Shown: positions 43,556-53,871, counted from the stretch's first letter. The stretch is 64,000 bases of DNA from an uncultured bacterium (GCA_964606385.1 CAZSFZ010000002.1:107711-171710); one strand, 5' to 3'. The notes: generated by a model from the sequence alone, not told the origin. Numbers and translations: made by a program.

Positions 43556-45745
43556 TTAGTCCCGGCGACGGCCGCGGCCACGTCCCCCGCGATCATCCCG
43601 GTCGCGTCTCGGAGGGGCGGCTTCGACTACTGTTCGCTGATCTTCCGGCAGGATCGGGAGAGGTTCGGTCATGGCCTGCTTGATGCTAAGGCTGATCTTG
43701 CCCCGCTCATCGATGCTCAGGACCTTGACCTTCACCTTATCGCCAACGCGGAGATAATCCCCAGCGCTTTTCACGAATCCTTCGGTGATCTCGGAAACAT
43801 GGCAAAGTCCGTCCTTGCCCGGCAGCACTTCGCAAAAAGCGCCGAAAGGCATGAGTTTCTGGACCGTGCTGTCGTAGATCTTACCGATCTCGGCGTCTTC
43901 GGTCATGGACTGAACGCGCGCGATCGCGGCTTCCGAGGACTGGCTGCTCACAGCGGCGATGAACACGCGGCCGTCGTCCTCGATATCGATCTTGGCGCCG
44001 GTCTCTTCGACGATCTTGCGGATGTTCTTGCCGCCAGGACCGATCAGGAGACCGATCTTTTCCGGATCGATCTTGAGGGTCGTGATGCGCGGCGCGTACT
44101 CGGAAAGCTCGTTCGGTTTCTTGATGCAATCCGCGATCAGGTCCAGGATCTTGAAGCGGGCCTGTTTGGCCTGTTCAAAAGCTTCCTTGAGCTGTTCCAC
44201 GGTGATCCCGTCGATCTTCATATCCATCTGAAGGGCCGTTAAACCTTCGCGGGTCCCCGCGGCCTTGAAATCCATATCGCCCAAATGATCTTCCAATCCG
44301 GCGATATCGGTGACGACCTTCCAGCGGTTCTTATCGGTCACGAGACCAAGCGCGATCCCGGCCACCGGGGCTTTGATCGGCACGCCGGCATCCATCAGCG
44401 CGAGCGTTCCGCCGCAAACGGTCGCCATCGAGCTGGAACCGTTCGATTCCATGATCTCGGATACCAAGCGGATCGTGTACGGGAATTCCTCCTGCGAAGG
44501 GATCACAGCTTCAAGCGCCCGCGAGGCAAGCGCTCCGTGACCGATCTCGCGGCGGCCCGGCCCGCGGTTCGGCCCGGTTTCCCCGACGCTATAGGGAGGA
44601 AAGTTGTAATGGAGCATGAACCGCTTGATCAGGTCCCCTTCCAGGGCATCGATCCTTTGTTCGTCATCGCCGGTCCCGAGGGTTACAACGCTCAGGCTCT
44701 GGGTCTGTCCGCGGGTGAAAAGCGCGGAACCGTGCGTCCGGGGCAGGATCCCCGTTTCACAGGTGATCTTGCGGATCTCGCGCTCCGCGCGGCCATCCGC
44801 CCGTTTTCCGGTCGCGAGCATGATCTCACGGACCTTTTCATACTCAAGCCGCCCGAAGGCGATCTTGATGAGCACTTCGTTAAAATCGTCCGCTTTTTTA
44901 TCGAACTGCGCGAGCGCTTTGTCATAAAGGCCTTTGAAATGCGCTTCCTGCTCTTCCTTGCTCTTCATGCTGAAGGCTTTTTCAAATTCGTTGCCGACCG
45001 CCGCGCGGATCTTGTCTTCCATTTCTTTCGTGATCCCGAGGGGCTTCACTTCTTTTTTTGTCTTGCCGGCTTTCTTCTGAAGATCCAGCTGAAGTTGGAT
45101 GGCTTTCTTCACGGCCTCATGGCCGATCTGAAGGGCCTCCATCATCTGTTCTTCGGAAAGCTCCTTGGAACCGGATTCGATCATGACGATCTTTTCCATC
45201 GTCCCCGCCACCAAAAGGTCCAGCGCGCTCTGGTCGAGCTCCTGCTGGGTGGGATTCACGATGAACTGTCCGTCCACCAACCCGACGCGGGCGGCGCCCA
45301 AGGCCGTCGTGTACGGGATATCCGAGATCATGAGAGCGGCTGAAGCGCCGATCATGGCCAGGATCTCCGTCGGGTTCTCGCCGTCAAAGGAAAGAACGTT
45401 CGCGGTGATCTGGACTTCCGTGAGGTAATCTTCCGGAAAGAGGGGACGGATCGGACGGTCGATCAGACGCGACGTCAGGATCTCTTTTTCCGTGGGCTTG
45501 CTTTCCCGCTTGAAATAACCGCCGGGGATCTTCCCCGCGGCGTAGGTCCGTTCGCGGTAATCCACGGTCAGCGGAAAGAAGTCGCGGATCTCTTTGGATT
45601 CCGATCCGGAAACAGCAGCCACGAAGACCACCGTGCCGCCGCACTGAACGGTCACGGCGCCGTGCGCTTGTTTGGCCATACGGCCGGTTTCGATGGAGAC
45701 CTCGCGGCCCCCGATTTCAAGAACAGCTTTTGAGATGTTTTTCAT
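43556..45745 (-). CDS. pnp: Polyribonucleotide nucleotidyltransferase (PNPase)
   Basis: 729 aa; two RNase PH domains, KH and S1 domains, R/D/G-rich tail. Confidence 0.96.
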   Translation of the reverse strand: MKNISKAVLEIGGREVSIETGRMAKQAHGAVTVQCGGTVVFVAAVSGSESKEIRDFFPLTVDYRERTYAAGKIPGGYFKRESKPTEKEILTSRLIDRPIRPLFPEDYLTEVQITANVLSFDGENPTEILAMIGASAALMISDIPYTTALGAARVGLVDGQFIVNPTQQELDQSALDLLVAGTMEKIVMIESGSKELSEEQMMEALQIGHEAVKKAIQLQLDLQKKAGKTKKEVKPLGITKEMEDKIRAAVGNEFEKAFSMKSKEEQEAHFKGLYDKALAQFDKKADDFNEVLIKIAFGRLEYEKVREIMLATGKRADGRAEREIRKITCETGILPRTHGSALFTRGQTQSLSVVTLGTGDDEQRIDALEGDLIKRFMLHYNFPPYSVGETGPNRGPGRREIGHGALASRALEAVIPSQEEFPYTIRLVSEIMESNGSSSMATVCGGTLALMDAGVPIKAPVAGIALGLVTDKNRWKVVTDIAGLEDHLGDMDFKAAGTREGLTALQMDMKIDGITVEQLKEAFEQAKQARFKILDLIADCIKKPNELSEYAPRITTLKIDPEKIGLLIGPGGKNIRKIVEETGAKIDIEDDGRVFIAAVSSQSSEAAIARVQSMTEDAEIGKIYDSTVQKLMPFGAFCEVLPGKDGLCHVSEITEGFVKSAGDYLRVGDKVKVKVLSIDERGKISLSIKQAMTEPLPILPEDQRTVVEAAPPRRDRDDRGGRGRGRRRD

Positions 45746-45786
45746 GTGAGATATCGCCTTTCGATTGTGAAGTTGGTCTTATCCAA

Positions 45787-45820
45787 GATAAGAAAAAAGG
45801 AAAGAGGAAATTACTTCCTC
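45787..45820 (-). terminator. rpsO terminator/attenuator hairpin (GAGGAA-GUAAU-UUCCUC then UUUCCUUUUUUCUUAUC) allowing read-through into pnp
   Basis: Hairpin spans the rpsO stop codon, T-rich tract follows on the minus strand; analogous to the E. coli rpsO t1/pnp arrangement. Confidence 0.45.
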
Positions 45821-46080
45821 AGATCGAGGCGAGCGATGATCTGCTGGTATTTCTCGGGAGCCTCAGCCTGGAGGTGTTTCAGCAGCTTTTTACGGCGGCT
45901 GACCATCTTGATAAGCCCGTAGCGCGAATGGTGGTCTTTAACGTTCTTCTCAAAATGACCGGAAAGACCGTTGATGCGCTCGGTAAGGAGGGCTATCTGG
46001 ACCTCGGCGGACCCTGTGTCGTTCTTGCTGACCTTGTAGTCGGATATGATCTTTTTCTTTTTCGTCTTTGCTAATGCCAT
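45811..46080 (-). CDS. rpsO: 30S ribosomal protein S15
   Basis: 89 aa, MALAKTKKKKIISDYKVSKNDTGSAEVQIALLTERINGLSGHF... classic S15. Confidence 0.95.
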   Translation of the reverse strand: MALAKTKKKKIISDYKVSKNDTGSAEVQIALLTERINGLSGHFEKNVKDHHSRYGLIKMVSRRKKLLKHLQAEAPEKYQQIIARLDLRK

Positions 46081-46247
46081 TTTCTTCTCTAACTCCTTAT
46101 TTCTCTTATGGTTATGTCGTTTTTCTCATCTCTGAGGTTGCGGAAGTATACCCCGACCCTTCCGTTTTGTCCAGATGTTACTCATTTTTACGGTTTAAGG
46201 CATGAATGCCCCGACCTTGCGCCCAAACAGAGAATATAAGGATCCTT

Positions 46248-47993
46248 TTAACGGCATGCAGAAACACCTGTCCACTGTTCGCAGGAAGTCCGCATGGCTT
46301 CGGGATCTTCATCGAAACGTAAGTCTTGACGGTTGAAAGGGTAGATCAAACATTCCACCAGACACGCATCAGGGAATGGCGCTTTAAAGTTATCTGTAAG
46401 CGCGCGTTTTCGATGATCTGGCGGTTCTGCTGGACCTTTAATATAATAATAATCCACATCAGGATAATGCTCGACACGATCGGCGCGGGATTGAAGCCAA
46501 GCCCTTATTTTGTTGCTTTTATCAGGATCCCCTATGGCCCTAGAAAATTTGATAACCAGCAGCCGACCAACCTCACTCAGGCGACCCAATGCCGACATAT
46601 CATCTAAACCATAAAGAATCACTTTGGAATTTTGATAAACATAATAATCATCCCCGTTGGAACGGTTTCGCATCACAACCAAAGGGGAAATATTAGGCTC
46701 ATCTAGATAGTACTGTATAGCATGTATGGCGGCCGGAGGCAGGATGACCGTGAAATCGACCGCATGGGGGTTCTTTTCAACAAAAGAAGCTATGCTGGGA
46801 AAATCCAGCGAGCTGTTCTGAATATAGTCCACAGGAACATAATAACGATCCGTCAAGCCTGCTCGAAAAAATCCATAAACACATAGTGGAATAAAAAAAA
46901 CGAATGCCCCAGCGAAACGCACAAACCTTGAAGACCAAGAGGCGATCCCCGCGGCCGCCATGAGAAGAAAAAAGGGATAGCCGAACAAGAAATAACGGGG
47001 CGCTAGACTCATTCGGAACATCCAAACGCAAAACAAACAAAGACTGACGGGAACGACAATCAAAATCAGAAGGAGCAACGCCTGAGATTGTTTTTTTTGA
47101 AAAAACGAAACCCATAAAAAACTTAAAATAAATACAAGCCCTCCTAGTGGGAAAAACCCATGTATGCCACCAAAGTGATCCTGAAAAGACTCCAAAATCT
47201 CCCAACCCTGAAGTCCCCAGCTGTCCACTCCGTTCTGTCTAAATTGCAAGGCGCTATTTAATCGTTTTAGGATTGGAATGATCGCGATCAGAATCGATGC
47301 CGCCGAAATGAAGTATTGGCTTATTAACTTTTTTTGTTTTCGAAAAAAAAGAAAAAGCCAGCAAGCGTGAGCGGCTAGGAAAAACAGGCTTGGAAAAAAC
47401 GCGTAGAAGGCAAGCGCTCCGGTCGCAGCATATAAAATCCAGTCCCTCGTTTTTAGGGTCTGAACGCTTCGGCATAAAAAAAAGCTGTTCGCGATTAGTA
47501 AAAAATAATAAAGAGGATAGTCTCTCGCGGATATTGCGTAATGGATATGCCAGACAGAGACTGCCATGAAAACGCTCGCAAGAAGCCCGGACCGCGCATC
47601 AAAAAGCAAAGCGCCTAAATAAAACAAAAAAAGGATGGAGGCGAGATCAAAAAAAAGCGATGGAAGAACCAGTAAGAACTCGCTACGGCCCAAATAAAGC
47701 ACTGCGTGGAGGATAAAGTATTTCAAGGGCCCTTGATCAGGACAGATGCCTTCGATGATCTTTGACACGGGGGCTGATGCCGCAGCGATCGTGATGCCTT
47801 CCGAAAGACCAAGTTCTTCTCGAGGCAATTTTTCGAAGAAGTGAAGGCGTAGAAAAAGCGCGAATAAGGCAATCGCGCTTAAACTCAGAATGAATCTTAC
47901 TTTTTTTGAAATAAAAGTTTCCTTCAAAAAAAGACCTTTTTGGGAGAATAATTTTTGGAATAAAAGCTTTTCGCCAATTTCACATCCGAACAA
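46248..47993 (-). CDS. GT-C fold membrane glycosyltransferase (GT39/GT83, ArnT/PMT-like), noticeably lower GC than neighbours
   Basis: 581 aa, about 10 TM helices in the N-terminal two-thirds then a soluble domain; the ORF's 5' end overlaps ribF by ~70 nt (true start probably internal/non-ATG). Confidence 0.6.
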   Translation of the reverse strand: MFGCEIGEKLLFQKLFSQKGLFLKETFISKKVRFILSLSAIALFALFLRLHFFEKLPREELGLSEGITIAAASAPVSKIIEGICPDQGPLKYFILHAVLYLGRSEFLLVLPSLFFDLASILFLFYLGALLFDARSGLLASVFMAVSVWHIHYAISARDYPLYYFLLIANSFFLCRSVQTLKTRDWILYAATGALAFYAFFPSLFFLAAHACWLFLFFRKQKKLISQYFISAASILIAIIPILKRLNSALQFRQNGVDSWGLQGWEILESFQDHFGGIHGFFPLGGLVFILSFLWVSFFQKKQSQALLLLILIVVPVSLCLFCVWMFRMSLAPRYFLFGYPFFLLMAAAGIASWSSRFVRFAGAFVFFIPLCVYGFFRAGLTDRYYVPVDYIQNSSLDFPSIASFVEKNPHAVDFTVILPPAAIHAIQYYLDEPNISPLVVMRNRSNGDDYYVYQNSKVILYGLDDMSALGRLSEVGRLLVIKFSRAIGDPDKSNKIRAWLQSRADRVEHYPDVDYYYIKGPAEPPDHRKRALTDNFKAPFPDACLVECLIYPFNRQDLRFDEDPEAMRTSCEQWTGVSACR

Positions 47994-48970
47994 ATTTGGA
48001 TCTTTAAAGCGGTTTCATTGGGAAATTTTGCCTCGGGGCGAATAAAGCGATGAAGGGCGATCTCCATCATTTCCCCATAGACCTGTCCTTTGAAGTCCAA
48101 AAGATGAAGTTCCAGCACCGGACGGGGTGTTTCTGCCTTGGGATAGGTGGGACGCTTGCCAAAATTCATGACCCCCTGGAGCCAATCCCCCGGGACAGGG
48201 TCCGCGATCAACGGTCCATGCTTCATGCCCAAGTGATGGCGTGACTCACGGCCCTTGGCCCGTGGCCCAGCACTTAAAAACCTTGCCGAGGCGACATAAA
48301 CCCCAAGCGGCAACAGGATCTCGGAGTGCACCTCCAGGTTCGCCGTCGGAAAACCGAGATGGAGCCCGTGGCCTTTCCCGTGAATGACCTTGCCGAACAT
48401 GCTGAAGGGACGGCCGAGACATGCCCGGGCTTGTTCAACTTTTCCGTGCACGAGCAGTTCCCGCACACGGGAGCTTGAAACAGGTTTTTTACCGACCATG
48501 ACCGGCTTCATTCTTTTGAAAAGGAATCCGTTGGACCGGGCAAGACGGGCCATGAGGTCCGTATCGCCTCTCCTGCCGCGTCCAAAATGCGCATCATATC
48601 CCATGCAAATCTCGCGAATATGCAGTTTTTTTACAAGGATCCTCTCAACAAAATCCCGCGGCATCATGCCGGCGAAAGACGGCGTGAAGGATTGCAAAAA
48701 ACACAGATCGATCCCGGCCCGGGCCAGATAAAAGAGTTTTTGCTCGATGCTCATGAGCATCATGGGTTTCTGCTTGGGGTGAAGAATGCTGTGGGGATGC
48801 TCGGGGAATGTCAGGACCGCAGCCAGCGCGTGTTCTTTTTTTGCCTGCCGGACCACATAACGCAGGAGCTTTTGATGCCCCAGATGGAACCCGTCGAAAT
48901 TTCCAAGCGCGAGAACGACCGGCCTGGCCGGACGGGCCTTATAGCTTTGAAGATCCGATATGATCTGCAT
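47924..48970 (-). CDS. ribF: Bifunctional riboflavin kinase / FMN adenylyltransferase
   Basis: N-terminal FAD-synthetase nucleotidyltransferase (LALGNFDGFHLGHQKL) and C-terminal riboflavin kinase (PTANL...G.Y) motifs. Confidence 0.9.
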   Translation of the reverse strand: MQIISDLQSYKARPARPVVLALGNFDGFHLGHQKLLRYVVRQAKKEHALAAVLTFPEHPHSILHPKQKPMMLMSIEQKLFYLARAGIDLCFLQSFTPSFAGMMPRDFVERILVKKLHIREICMGYDAHFGRGRRGDTDLMARLARSNGFLFKRMKPVMVGKKPVSSSRVRELLVHGKVEQARACLGRPFSMFGKVIHGKGHGLHLGFPTANLEVHSEILLPLGVYVASARFLSAGPRAKGRESRHHLGMKHGPLIADPVPGDWLQGVMNFGKRPTYPKAETPRPVLELHLLDFKGQVYGEMMEIALHRFIRPEAKFPNETALKIQICSDVKLAKSFYSKNYSPKKVFF

Positions 48971-49697
48971 GGAGAAGGGCGGCGCTTAATGGGATCACTT
49001 TATCGCGGAATTGTGCCGGTTGCATGTTCTTGAGCTCTTCGATCGTCACGCCTTGCTCCAGTTTAAAGGGACCGCTCCGGAGCCGGCGCAGCCTCGCCAG
49101 GGTCGCGTAACAGCCTAAAGCCTCACCGAGATCGTTCACGAGCGTGCGGACATAAGTGCCTTTCGATACATACGCCAAGAATTCGACGAACTTTCCTTCT
49201 TTTTTATCAAAACGGAATTCGTGGACTTTGACCGGCCGGCCTTCCCGGACCACGGTCTTGCCTTGACGCGCAAGCTTGTAAAGGCGCGTCCCTTCATGCT
49301 TCAGCGCCGAGACCATGGGCGGCACCTGAATAATGTCGCCCGTAAATTGCGCTTTCGCCTTTTCGCGGATCATTTCAAGCGTGATGTGCTCCCAGGGGGC
49401 TTCGGCCGTCACCTTCCCCTGCCGGTCATGGGAATCGGTCTGGACGCCAAGCTCCAGCGCACCGAAATATTCCTTGTCGCAGGCGCTTAATTGCATGGAA
49501 TGTTTGGTGGACTTGCCGAGCAAAAGCACCAAGAGGCCGGTAGCCAGCGGGTCGAGCGTTCCGGCGTGGCCGACTTTTTTGATCCCGAACCGGCGGCGCA
49601 CGAAGGCGCACACGTCATGCGAGGTCCATTGTTCGGGTTTATCGACCAACAGGACGCCATCGATAAAATTCGGATCAATCATGCGGATTCGCCCCAT
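48939..49697 (-). CDS. truB: tRNA pseudouridine(55) synthase TruB
   Basis: GVLLVDKPEQWTSHDVCAFVRRRFGIKKVGHAGTLDPLATGLLVLLLG with the catalytic Asp motif. Confidence 0.93.
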   Translation of the reverse strand: MGRIRMIDPNFIDGVLLVDKPEQWTSHDVCAFVRRRFGIKKVGHAGTLDPLATGLLVLLLGKSTKHSMQLSACDKEYFGALELGVQTDSHDRQGKVTAEAPWEHITLEMIREKAKAQFTGDIIQVPPMVSALKHEGTRLYKLARQGKTVVREGRPVKVHEFRFDKKEGKFVEFLAYVSKGTYVRTLVNDLGEALGCYATLARLRRLRSGPFKLEQGVTIEELKNMQPAQFRDKVIPLSAALLHADHIGSSKL

Positions 49698-50073
49698 CCG
49701 CTTCCGGATCTTTGGACGCAGGGGGGTTGTCCTTTTCTTCGATCTTGCGGATCACTTGGCCGATCTCAAAGTCCTTGTCGAGGGAATCGTCCAGCTCAAA
49801 TTGGAGCCTCGGGGTGTAGCGCATCTTGATCGCCAGACCGACTTCATGCTGAAGAAAGCCGGCGGCCCGTTCGAGCACTTTGAGGGATTCTTCCTTTTTC
49901 TTTTTTTCGCCCATGATGCTCACGAACACCACGGCGGATTTAAGGTCCGGCGTGATCTTGACGTGGGTCACGGTCACAAAACCCAGGCGCGGGTCTTTGA
50001 CCCGTTCGAGAATGAGATTGCTGAGCTCCATTTGAAGCAGCGATGCGACGCGTTCCGTCCGTTTTCCTTGCAT
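49675..50073 (-). CDS. rbfA: Ribosome-binding factor A
   Basis: RVASLLQMELSNLILERVKDPRLGFVTVTHVKITPDLKSAVVFVS... RbfA KH-like fold sequence. Confidence 0.9.
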   Translation of the reverse strand: MQGKRTERVASLLQMELSNLILERVKDPRLGFVTVTHVKITPDLKSAVVFVSIMGEKKKKEESLKVLERAAGFLQHEVGLAIKMRYTPRLQFELDDSLDKDFEIGQVIRKIEEKDNPPASKDPEADGANPHD

Positions 50074-50162
50074 GAAACACCTCTTAAATTAAAAAAGCGT
50101 TACTGAAAGCGCCAGCACCGAAGTCCGGCTTCTTGGGTCAGTAACGCCTCAGCGGTCAATGA

Positions 50163-52385
50163 TTACAATTTTGCGGCAAATTTGTCGATGCGGTAAGACT
50201 CCAGGATATCCCCTTCCCGAAGGTCGTTGAAACCTTCCAGGGCAACCCCGCACTCATACCCCTCGGCAACATCCTTCACATCATCCTTGAACCGCTTGAG
50301 AGAAGAAAGTTTCCCGTCAAAGATCACGACGTTATCGCGCACCAGCCTCACGCGGTGCTGCCGGGTGATGCGGCCTTTGATCACGATCGCCCCGCCGATA
50401 TTCCCCACCCTCGAGGACTTGAAGATCTGGCGGATCTTGGTCTTCCCTTCGACAACTTCCTTGAGATCGGGCTCGAGGATCCCTTCCATGGCTTTACGGA
50501 TCTTTTCGACCGCTTCGTAGATGATGCTGTAAAAATGAATGTCCACGCCTTCTTTTTCGGCCAAGACCTGCGCCTTGGGATCAGCTTTGACATGGAAACC
50601 GATGATGATCGCATCAGAGGCCGCCGCGAGCATCACGTCCGACTCGTTGATCCCGCCGACGATCCCGTGGATCACATGGAGCCGGCATTTCTCAGAACTG
50701 ATCTTATCAAGCGATTGGGTCAGGGCTTCGATGGAACCCTGCACGTCCGCTTTAAGGATGATCTTGAGCTCCTTGAAATTCCCCTCCGAGATCTTGGAGT
50801 AGAGGCTTTCGAGGGACATATGTTTGGGCGTTCCCCGCATCTGCTTTTCACGAAGCTCGAGGATCTTCTGTTCGGTGATCGTTTTAGCGATCTTCTCATC
50901 CGCCACCGCGTAAACTGTTTCCCCGGCTTCCGGCACGCCGTTCAATCCGGAAAGTTCCACCGCGTAGGCGGGTCCGGCTTCGCGCACGGTCTTGCCAAGA
51001 TCGTTCTTCATGGCGCGAACACGACCGGTATATTGCCCGGCCACAACGATATCGCCCAACTTCAGGGTTCCTTTTTGTACGATAATGCTTGCCACCGGTC
51101 CGCTCCCTTTAGAGATATGGCTTTCGATCACAACACCCACAGCCGGGCGGTCGGGATTTGCCTTGAGCTCCAGGACTTCCGATTCCAAAAGCAACATATC
51201 AAGAAGATCCTCGATGCCCTTGCCGGTCTTTGCGGAAACTTTGACCACGATCGTTTTCCCGCCCCACTCCTCGGGTACGAGTCCGATCTTTTGAAGTTCT
51301 CCAAGCACTTTGGCGGGATTCGCGACCGGAAGATCGATCTTGTTCATGGCCACCACGATCGGGCATCCGGCTTCGCGCGCGTGGTCGATCGCTTCGATCG
51401 TCTGAGGCATCACACCATCATCGGCCGCCACCACGAGCACAACCACATCGGTCACATTCGCGCCACGGGCGCGCATGGCCGTAAAGGCTTCATGGCCCGG
51501 GGTGTCCAGAAAGGTCACATGCCCTTTGCCGGGAATATCCACGCCGTAGGCCCCGATATGCTGCGTGATAAAGCCTTTTTCTTTGGCCGCCACGTTCGTG
51601 CTGCGGATCGCGTCCAAAAGCGACGTTTTTCCGTGGTCGACATGGCCCATCATGGTCACGACCGGCGGACGCGGCTTGAGTTTGGCAACGTCTTCATCTT
51701 CCCCGCGGTCAATGATCTCTTTAGCTTCGTCCTCCATCTTCTGGATCTCGATGCCCAGAGCCTCTCCGGCCGCGTAAACGATCTCTTCGTTCAAAAGCTG
51801 GTTCACATTCGCGAAAATGCCGATCCCCATCAGCGCCTTAATGACTTCCGGGATCCTCCGGCTCATCTTTTCCGCAAGATTCCCCACCGTGATCGGGAAA
51901 CGGACCGAGACTACTGGTTTCACGGGTGGCGGAGGGGGAGCGGCCGGTTTCGGGGCCTCTTGGACGGGTGCCGGTTTGGGTGCTGCGGCCGGCGCCGGTT
52001 TACTTTCAACAGGCTTCGGCTCAGGTTTTTTCTCTACAACGGGAGCAACCGGCAACTCCGCCTTTTTAACCGGTTCGGCCACGGGAGCCTTGGGAGCGGC
52101 CGCAACTACTGGCTTAGGCGGCGCTGTTTTTACTTCCGGAGCAACTTTAACCTCGGAAGTAACCGGTTTTTCATGGATCTTGTTTTCTGCCGGAATTTTG
52201 GATTTGACCGCGGCCTTCACGGAAGCCTTTTTTTCTTTAACGGGTTTTGCTTCAGTGGTTTTTGCGGCGGCCTTCACAGTAGTTTTTTTAGGGGCAGTTT
52301 TCTTGACGGCGGGGGCTTTGACGGCTTTTTTGACCGCTTCTTTTTTTTCTTTGGCTTTCTCTTTTTTCTCGGTCATTTCACTCAC
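50163..52385 (-). CDS. infB: Translation initiation factor IF-2
   Basis: 740 aa; K/A/P-rich N-terminal region, G-domain ([12 protein letters not shown]), C-terminal IF2 domains. Confidence 0.96.
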   Translation of the reverse strand: MSEMTEKKEKAKEKKEAVKKAVKAPAVKKTAPKKTTVKAAAKTTEAKPVKEKKASVKAAVKSKIPAENKIHEKPVTSEVKVAPEVKTAPPKPVVAAAPKAPVAEPVKKAELPVAPVVEKKPEPKPVESKPAPAAAPKPAPVQEAPKPAAPPPPPVKPVVSVRFPITVGNLAEKMSRRIPEVIKALMGIGIFANVNQLLNEEIVYAAGEALGIEIQKMEDEAKEIIDRGEDEDVAKLKPRPPVVTMMGHVDHGKTSLLDAIRSTNVAAKEKGFITQHIGAYGVDIPGKGHVTFLDTPGHEAFTAMRARGANVTDVVVLVVAADDGVMPQTIEAIDHAREAGCPIVVAMNKIDLPVANPAKVLGELQKIGLVPEEWGGKTIVVKVSAKTGKGIEDLLDMLLLESEVLELKANPDRPAVGVVIESHISKGSGPVASIIVQKGTLKLGDIVVAGQYTGRVRAMKNDLGKTVREAGPAYAVELSGLNGVPEAGETVYAVADEKIAKTITEQKILELREKQMRGTPKHMSLESLYSKISEGNFKELKIILKADVQGSIEALTQSLDKISSEKCRLHVIHGIVGGINESDVMLAAASDAIIIGFHVKADPKAQVLAEKEGVDIHFYSIIYEAVEKIRKAMEGILEPDLKEVVEGKTKIRQIFKSSRVGNIGGAIVIKGRITRQHRVRLVRDNVVIFDGKLSSLKRFKDDVKDVAEGYECGVALEGFNDLREGDILESYRIDKFAAKL

Positions 52386-53625
52386 CCGCTCCTTCTTGTC
52401 CCGTCTCCTCTTGAGAGGTCTTTCCTTCGCTTTCTGCCGGCGCTACCTCTTGACTCGCCGCTTCTTCAGGCGCCGGCGTTTTATCAGCGGCCTTATTCGC
52501 GACGTTCTTTTTCGAGGCAGCTTCTTTACCCGACGCGAGGATCTTTTCAGCCGTCTTGAGACCGATCCCGGGGATCTCAGCCAATTCTTCCGCCGTTTTC
52601 TTGAGAAGGTCCTTCAAGGCCAGGATACCCGCTCCGTTCAGGATCTGTTCTGTTTTTTCGCCTACGCCGTCGAGGGCGCTCAGGGCGACTTTTTGAGAAG
52701 TGCTGCGGACATCAAGCTCCCAGCCGATCAGCTTGGACGCAAGCCGCACGTTCTGTCCTTTTTTCCCGATCGCAAGCGACAGCTGGTCATCTTCCACAAG
52801 GATCTCGGCGCTTTGCCGTTCGGGGTTTAAAGTGATCTTTTTAAGCTCAGCGGGCGCCATCGCGTTCTTGATATAGGTTTCCACATCCTCGCTGTAACGG
52901 ATGATGTCGATCTTTTCTCCGCCAAGTTCGCGAACGATGCTTTTCACGCGCTGCCCGCGAACTCCCACGCAGGAACCCACGCAGTCGATCTTTTCGTCGG
53001 AAGAAGTTACGGCGATCTTGGTGCGGGACCCGGCTTCGCGCGCCACCGCCTTGACCTTCACAAGACCATCATGGATCTCCGGCACTTCCATCGCGAAAAA
53101 TTGCGTCACAAGGTCCGGATGAGTCCGGGACAGGATCACCTCGGGCCCTTTGGAGGTTTTCTTCACTTCCATCACATAGGCGCGTACCACATTCCCCTGC
53201 CTGAAACTGTCGAGAGGTGATTGCTCGCGCGCGGGAAGGATGCCTTCGGTTTTTCCGAAGTCCACGATAATGGCTTTCGATTCGATCCGGTGCACGCTGC
53301 CGGAGACGATATCGCCCTGCTTGTGGCTGTATTCGTTAAAAATGGATTCACGCTCGGCTTCGCGGATCTTTTGAATGATGACTTGCTTGGCGGTTTGCGC
53401 AGCAATACGCCCGAACCGGGCATCGTTGATCTCTTTGCCGTCCAACAGCATGGTGATACGAAAGGTCTTTGGATCGATCTGGACGTCAAAAACATCGCCT
53501 TTTTCGGGGAAGCTCTTGCGACAGGCAGAGATCAGGGCATGGCGAAGCGCGTCCAGGAGGACCTCTTTCGTAATCCCCTTTTCCTTCTCAATATATTCCA
53601 GTGAAGCCAGCAGATCCTGTGACAT
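52378..53625 (-). CDS. nusA: Transcription termination/antitermination protein NusA
   Basis: 415 aa; N-terminal domain, S1, KH1/KH2, acidic C-terminal extension; 8-nt overlap with infB. Confidence 0.95.
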   Translation of the reverse strand: MSQDLLASLEYIEKEKGITKEVLLDALRHALISACRKSFPEKGDVFDVQIDPKTFRITMLLDGKEINDARFGRIAAQTAKQVIIQKIREAERESIFNEYSHKQGDIVSGSVHRIESKAIIVDFGKTEGILPAREQSPLDSFRQGNVVRAYVMEVKKTSKGPEVILSRTHPDLVTQFFAMEVPEIHDGLVKVKAVAREAGSRTKIAVTSSDEKIDCVGSCVGVRGQRVKSIVRELGGEKIDIIRYSEDVETYIKNAMAPAELKKITLNPERQSAEILVEDDQLSLAIGKKGQNVRLASKLIGWELDVRSTSQKVALSALDGVGEKTEQILNGAGILALKDLLKKTAEELAEIPGIGLKTAEKILASGKEAASKKNVANKAADKTPAPEEAASQEVAPAESEGKTSQEETGQEGAGE

Positions 53626-53652
53626 TTTGTCCCTGATTCCGTCCGTTTGATT

Positions 53653-53686
53653 AGAAAAAAAAGAAGTGGGTTTGTGCGCCCACTTC
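53653..53686 (-). terminator. Intrinsic terminator/attenuator in the nusA leader (GAAGUGGG-CGCACAAA-CCCACUUC followed by U8)
   Basis: Perfect 8-bp stem plus 8 Us on the minus strand, located between the predicted promoter (TSS ~53705) and the nusA start (53625). Confidence 0.6.
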
Positions 53687-53711
53687 TTCGCATGCCTTGA
53701 TTGATTTGTTT

Positions 53712-53739
53712 ATTATAGGGAAAATCCTCCCAAAGTCAA
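53712..53739 (-). promoter_or_regulatory. Strong sigma70-type promoter for nusA-infB-rbfA-truB-ribF (TTGACT-16-TATAAT)
   Basis: Minus strand reads cgTTGACTttgggaggattttcccTATAATaaac. Confidence 0.6.
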
Positions 53740-53796
53740 CGAGAGTGTCTGAAGGTTCGTAAATGGCGTTTTCATCCTAGCTCTCAGAAAAACCTG

Positions 53797-53819
53797 CAAC
53801 TCATTTAATTAAAATAGGT
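53797..53819. promoter_or_regulatory. 23-bp AT-rich motif AACTCATTTAATTAAAATAGGTT (site 2), upstream of the nusA promoter / M24 peptidase start
   Basis: Matches site 1 at 20583-20605 with swapped half-sites around the same TTTAATTAAAA core. Confidence 0.45.
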
Positions 53820-53871
53820 TATGTAAAGCCTTGTCCTTCGGGGCGTAAGTATTGCGCTTCTTGCCCCAAGC

